Source: Tolypothrix carrinoi HA7290-LM1
GTDB lineage: Bacteria > Cyanobacteriota > Cyanobacteriia > Cyanobacteriales > Nostocaceae
Direction of reading: 5' to 3'
Length of the DNA stretch: 29,215 bases
Assembly: GCA_019358935.1 (NCBI GenBank)
Contig: JAHHIK010000101.1
Span: 1 to 29,215, forward strand
Both the position numbers and the translations under genes were made by a program. Every line of letters begins with the position of its first letter. The stretch's first letter is position 1. Positions 27,888 through 29,215 of the stretch are shown here, one piece after another. The notes under the pieces were generated by a model that had not been told where the DNA came from, made no database searches, and saw only the letters and a program-made list of their open reading frames with translations.

Positions 27888-27918
27888 AGTAGAGACGTTC
27901 CACTGGAACGTCTCTACT
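27888..27918. repeat. Perfect GTAG-type REP-like palindrome, likely also a terminator between tRNA and Uma2
   Basis: AGTAGAGACGTTCCA-C-TGGAACGTCTCTACT. Confidence 0.8.
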
Positions 27919-27930
27919 GTTTTTCCTATC

Positions 27931-28701
27931 TTAAATTTCCGGTTCTACTCCTAGCGCTCTTAATTGTTCTGCCAATCTTTCTGCACGCTGGCGTTCTTGT
28001 TCTGCACGCTGGCGTTGTTGTTCTGCTTGTTGTTGAGCCACGTCTTTCTCTTGCCGTTCTTTTACTGCTAACTCCAAACCCCACAGTAATAATTCTCCGT
28101 CTTCATCCCACCAGCGCAACCAATAGCCTGTACGATTTTCTCGGCTTCCTTGCCAGATGCCCAAAAACAAATTTATTTGAGCAATCCAGTAACGATTATT
28201 CTCATCGGTTGGTTGCAGTTGATAATGCCCAGAGTTATCTAGCTGATAAACTTCTAAGGTTCCTGCTTCTGGCTCAAAAATCGTATAGTTAGGAACTTTT
28301 AAAACTTGCTCGTAATAAAACCATTTACCAGGAGGATAAGTTGGTTTGCTAGAATATTCTCCACCTTCGGTATCCGAGAGAAATTCCATTACAATCGCGG
28401 GAATATCGCCTTGAAGTTGTGGAGTATAGCTACGCTTAACTTCTTCTCGCGACACTCGAATCGATGGCACGTAGCCCCAATCCGGTGCTTTGACAACTAT
28501 TTTATTATTCAAGGTGGCACAAATGCCGTAGTTAGTTGTGGTTAAGGCATTTGTGGGCAATTTACCGGCAAGTTCCAAGCTTTCTGTTAAAGCGGCAGCT
28601 AGAAGTGGCTGATTAATATTGTCCACTGGCTCGTCGTCTAAAACAAAATCATCTGGTAGCTTTTCCCAAATAATTTCATGAGTGGCTGCAAACGCTTGCA
28701 T
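27931..28701 (-). CDS. Uma2-family endonuclease with C-terminal coiled coil
   Basis: WEKLPDDF, VKAPDW, IVMEFLS, WLRWWD, QRAEQERQRAERLAEQLRALG. Confidence 0.9.
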   Translation of the reverse strand: MQAFAATHEIIWEKLPDDFVLDDEPVDNINQPLLAAALTESLELAGKLPTNALTTTNYGICATLNNKIVVKAPDWGYVPSIRVSREEVKRSYTPQLQGDIPAIVMEFLSDTEGGEYSSKPTYPPGKWFYYEQVLKVPNYTIFEPEAGTLEVYQLDNSGHYQLQPTDENNRYWIAQINLFLGIWQGSRENRTGYWLRWWDEDGELLLWGLELAVKERQEKDVAQQQAEQQRQRAEQERQRAERLAEQLRALGVEPEI

Positions 28702-28828
28702 AATAAACTACTTTTTGCGATTGTTTTGGTGTCGGCGGGTAACAATCTGGCATTGCAACTTATTATAACTGTAGGCGATCGCTCTCTATATTAAAAGTTA
28801 ACTAATTAATTACTCTGTGCGATGACCT

Positions 28829-29032
28829 ATGAAAGCTGAAGAATATCCGTTTGTGCAAGAGTTAATCACAGACAAAAAAGGTCAAGTTATCAAGGTTGTT
28901 TTAGAGTTTGAAGAATATCAGCGTTTGTTGTCAGCTATTGAAGATGAGGGGCTAACCCGTGCTATACAAGCAGTTATTGGTGAAACGCCTCTAAGCCTTC
29001 ATCAAGCGCTTGCGGAACTCGAACAGCCATGA
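28829..29032 (+). CDS. Putative type II antitoxin (67 aa)
   Basis: Small acidic protein (VVLEFEEYQRLL..EDEGL) with ATGA overlap into a RelE-like start. Confidence 0.65.
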   Translation: MKAEEYPFVQELITDKKGQVIKVVLEFEEYQRLLSAIEDEGLTRAIQAVIGETPLSLHQALAELEQP

Positions 29033-29088
29033 ACTGTGAGTATATGCCTACTTTTATTAAAGACCTGAAGGCACTCAAAAGTACTTGA
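29029..29088 (+). pseudogene. Truncated RelE/ParE-like toxin N-terminus (19 aa)
   Basis: MNCEYMPTFIKDLKALKST*; resembles the RelE beta1-helix1 pattern (Y..F.KDLK.L); no recognisable continuation. Confidence 0.55.
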
Positions 29089-29215
29089 GTATTGTAAAAC
29101 TTTAAACAAAATATAGTCTAAAATCATCAAATATATTCAGATATCCCGAATGTGGTATATTAATTTCAAGTTGTAAATAATCATCATGTGTCGAGTAGAA
29201 AAGCACGTAATCAAA

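Noticed and set aside
27825..28545. Plus-strand ORFs 27825-28292 and 28306-28545
   Set aside because: Overlap the tRNA and lie antisense to Uma2
27799..29215. tRNA-integrated prophage or island
   Set aside because: No integrase and no duplicated tRNA 3' end within the window

Overview
Chromosomal segment of a filamentous, probably Nostocales-type cyanobacterium: over 30 HIP1 octamers GCGATCGC, STRR-type short tandem repeats and cyanobacterial gene families. Left part: 3' portion of a glycogen-debranching gene and a 14x21-bp palindromic tandem array. Next is a minus-strand NLR-like cluster (CHAT protease-AAA_35; HsdR_N-like nuclease; AAA_35-TM-14xWD40 with near-identical repeats; a small DUF6888/DUF6887-like pair flanked by HIP1-bounded direct repeats). 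Middle: CsbD pseudogene, alpha/beta hydrolase, interrupted Uma2 gene, SLBB protein, SLH protein, MscS, and a histone-deacetylase-family gene. The last ~227 bp of the deacetylase gene recur twice downstream, bracketing a broken UvrD-exonuclease gene and a tyrosinase. Right: gshA, trmL, LysM/M23 peptidase, tRNA-Met, Uma2, and an antitoxin with a truncated RelE-like toxin. The most notable unexplained structures are: (i) three 212-219 bp elements with divergent sequence but one architecture, each inserted between ATGAA and GT(A/G)A with no target duplication; (ii) serial gene-3'-end duplications flanking cargo genes; (iii) a covarying, self-nesting 45-bp hairpin element. No integrase, transposase, reverse transcriptase or CRISPR array is visible. 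All family calls come from motif recognition, not database searches.
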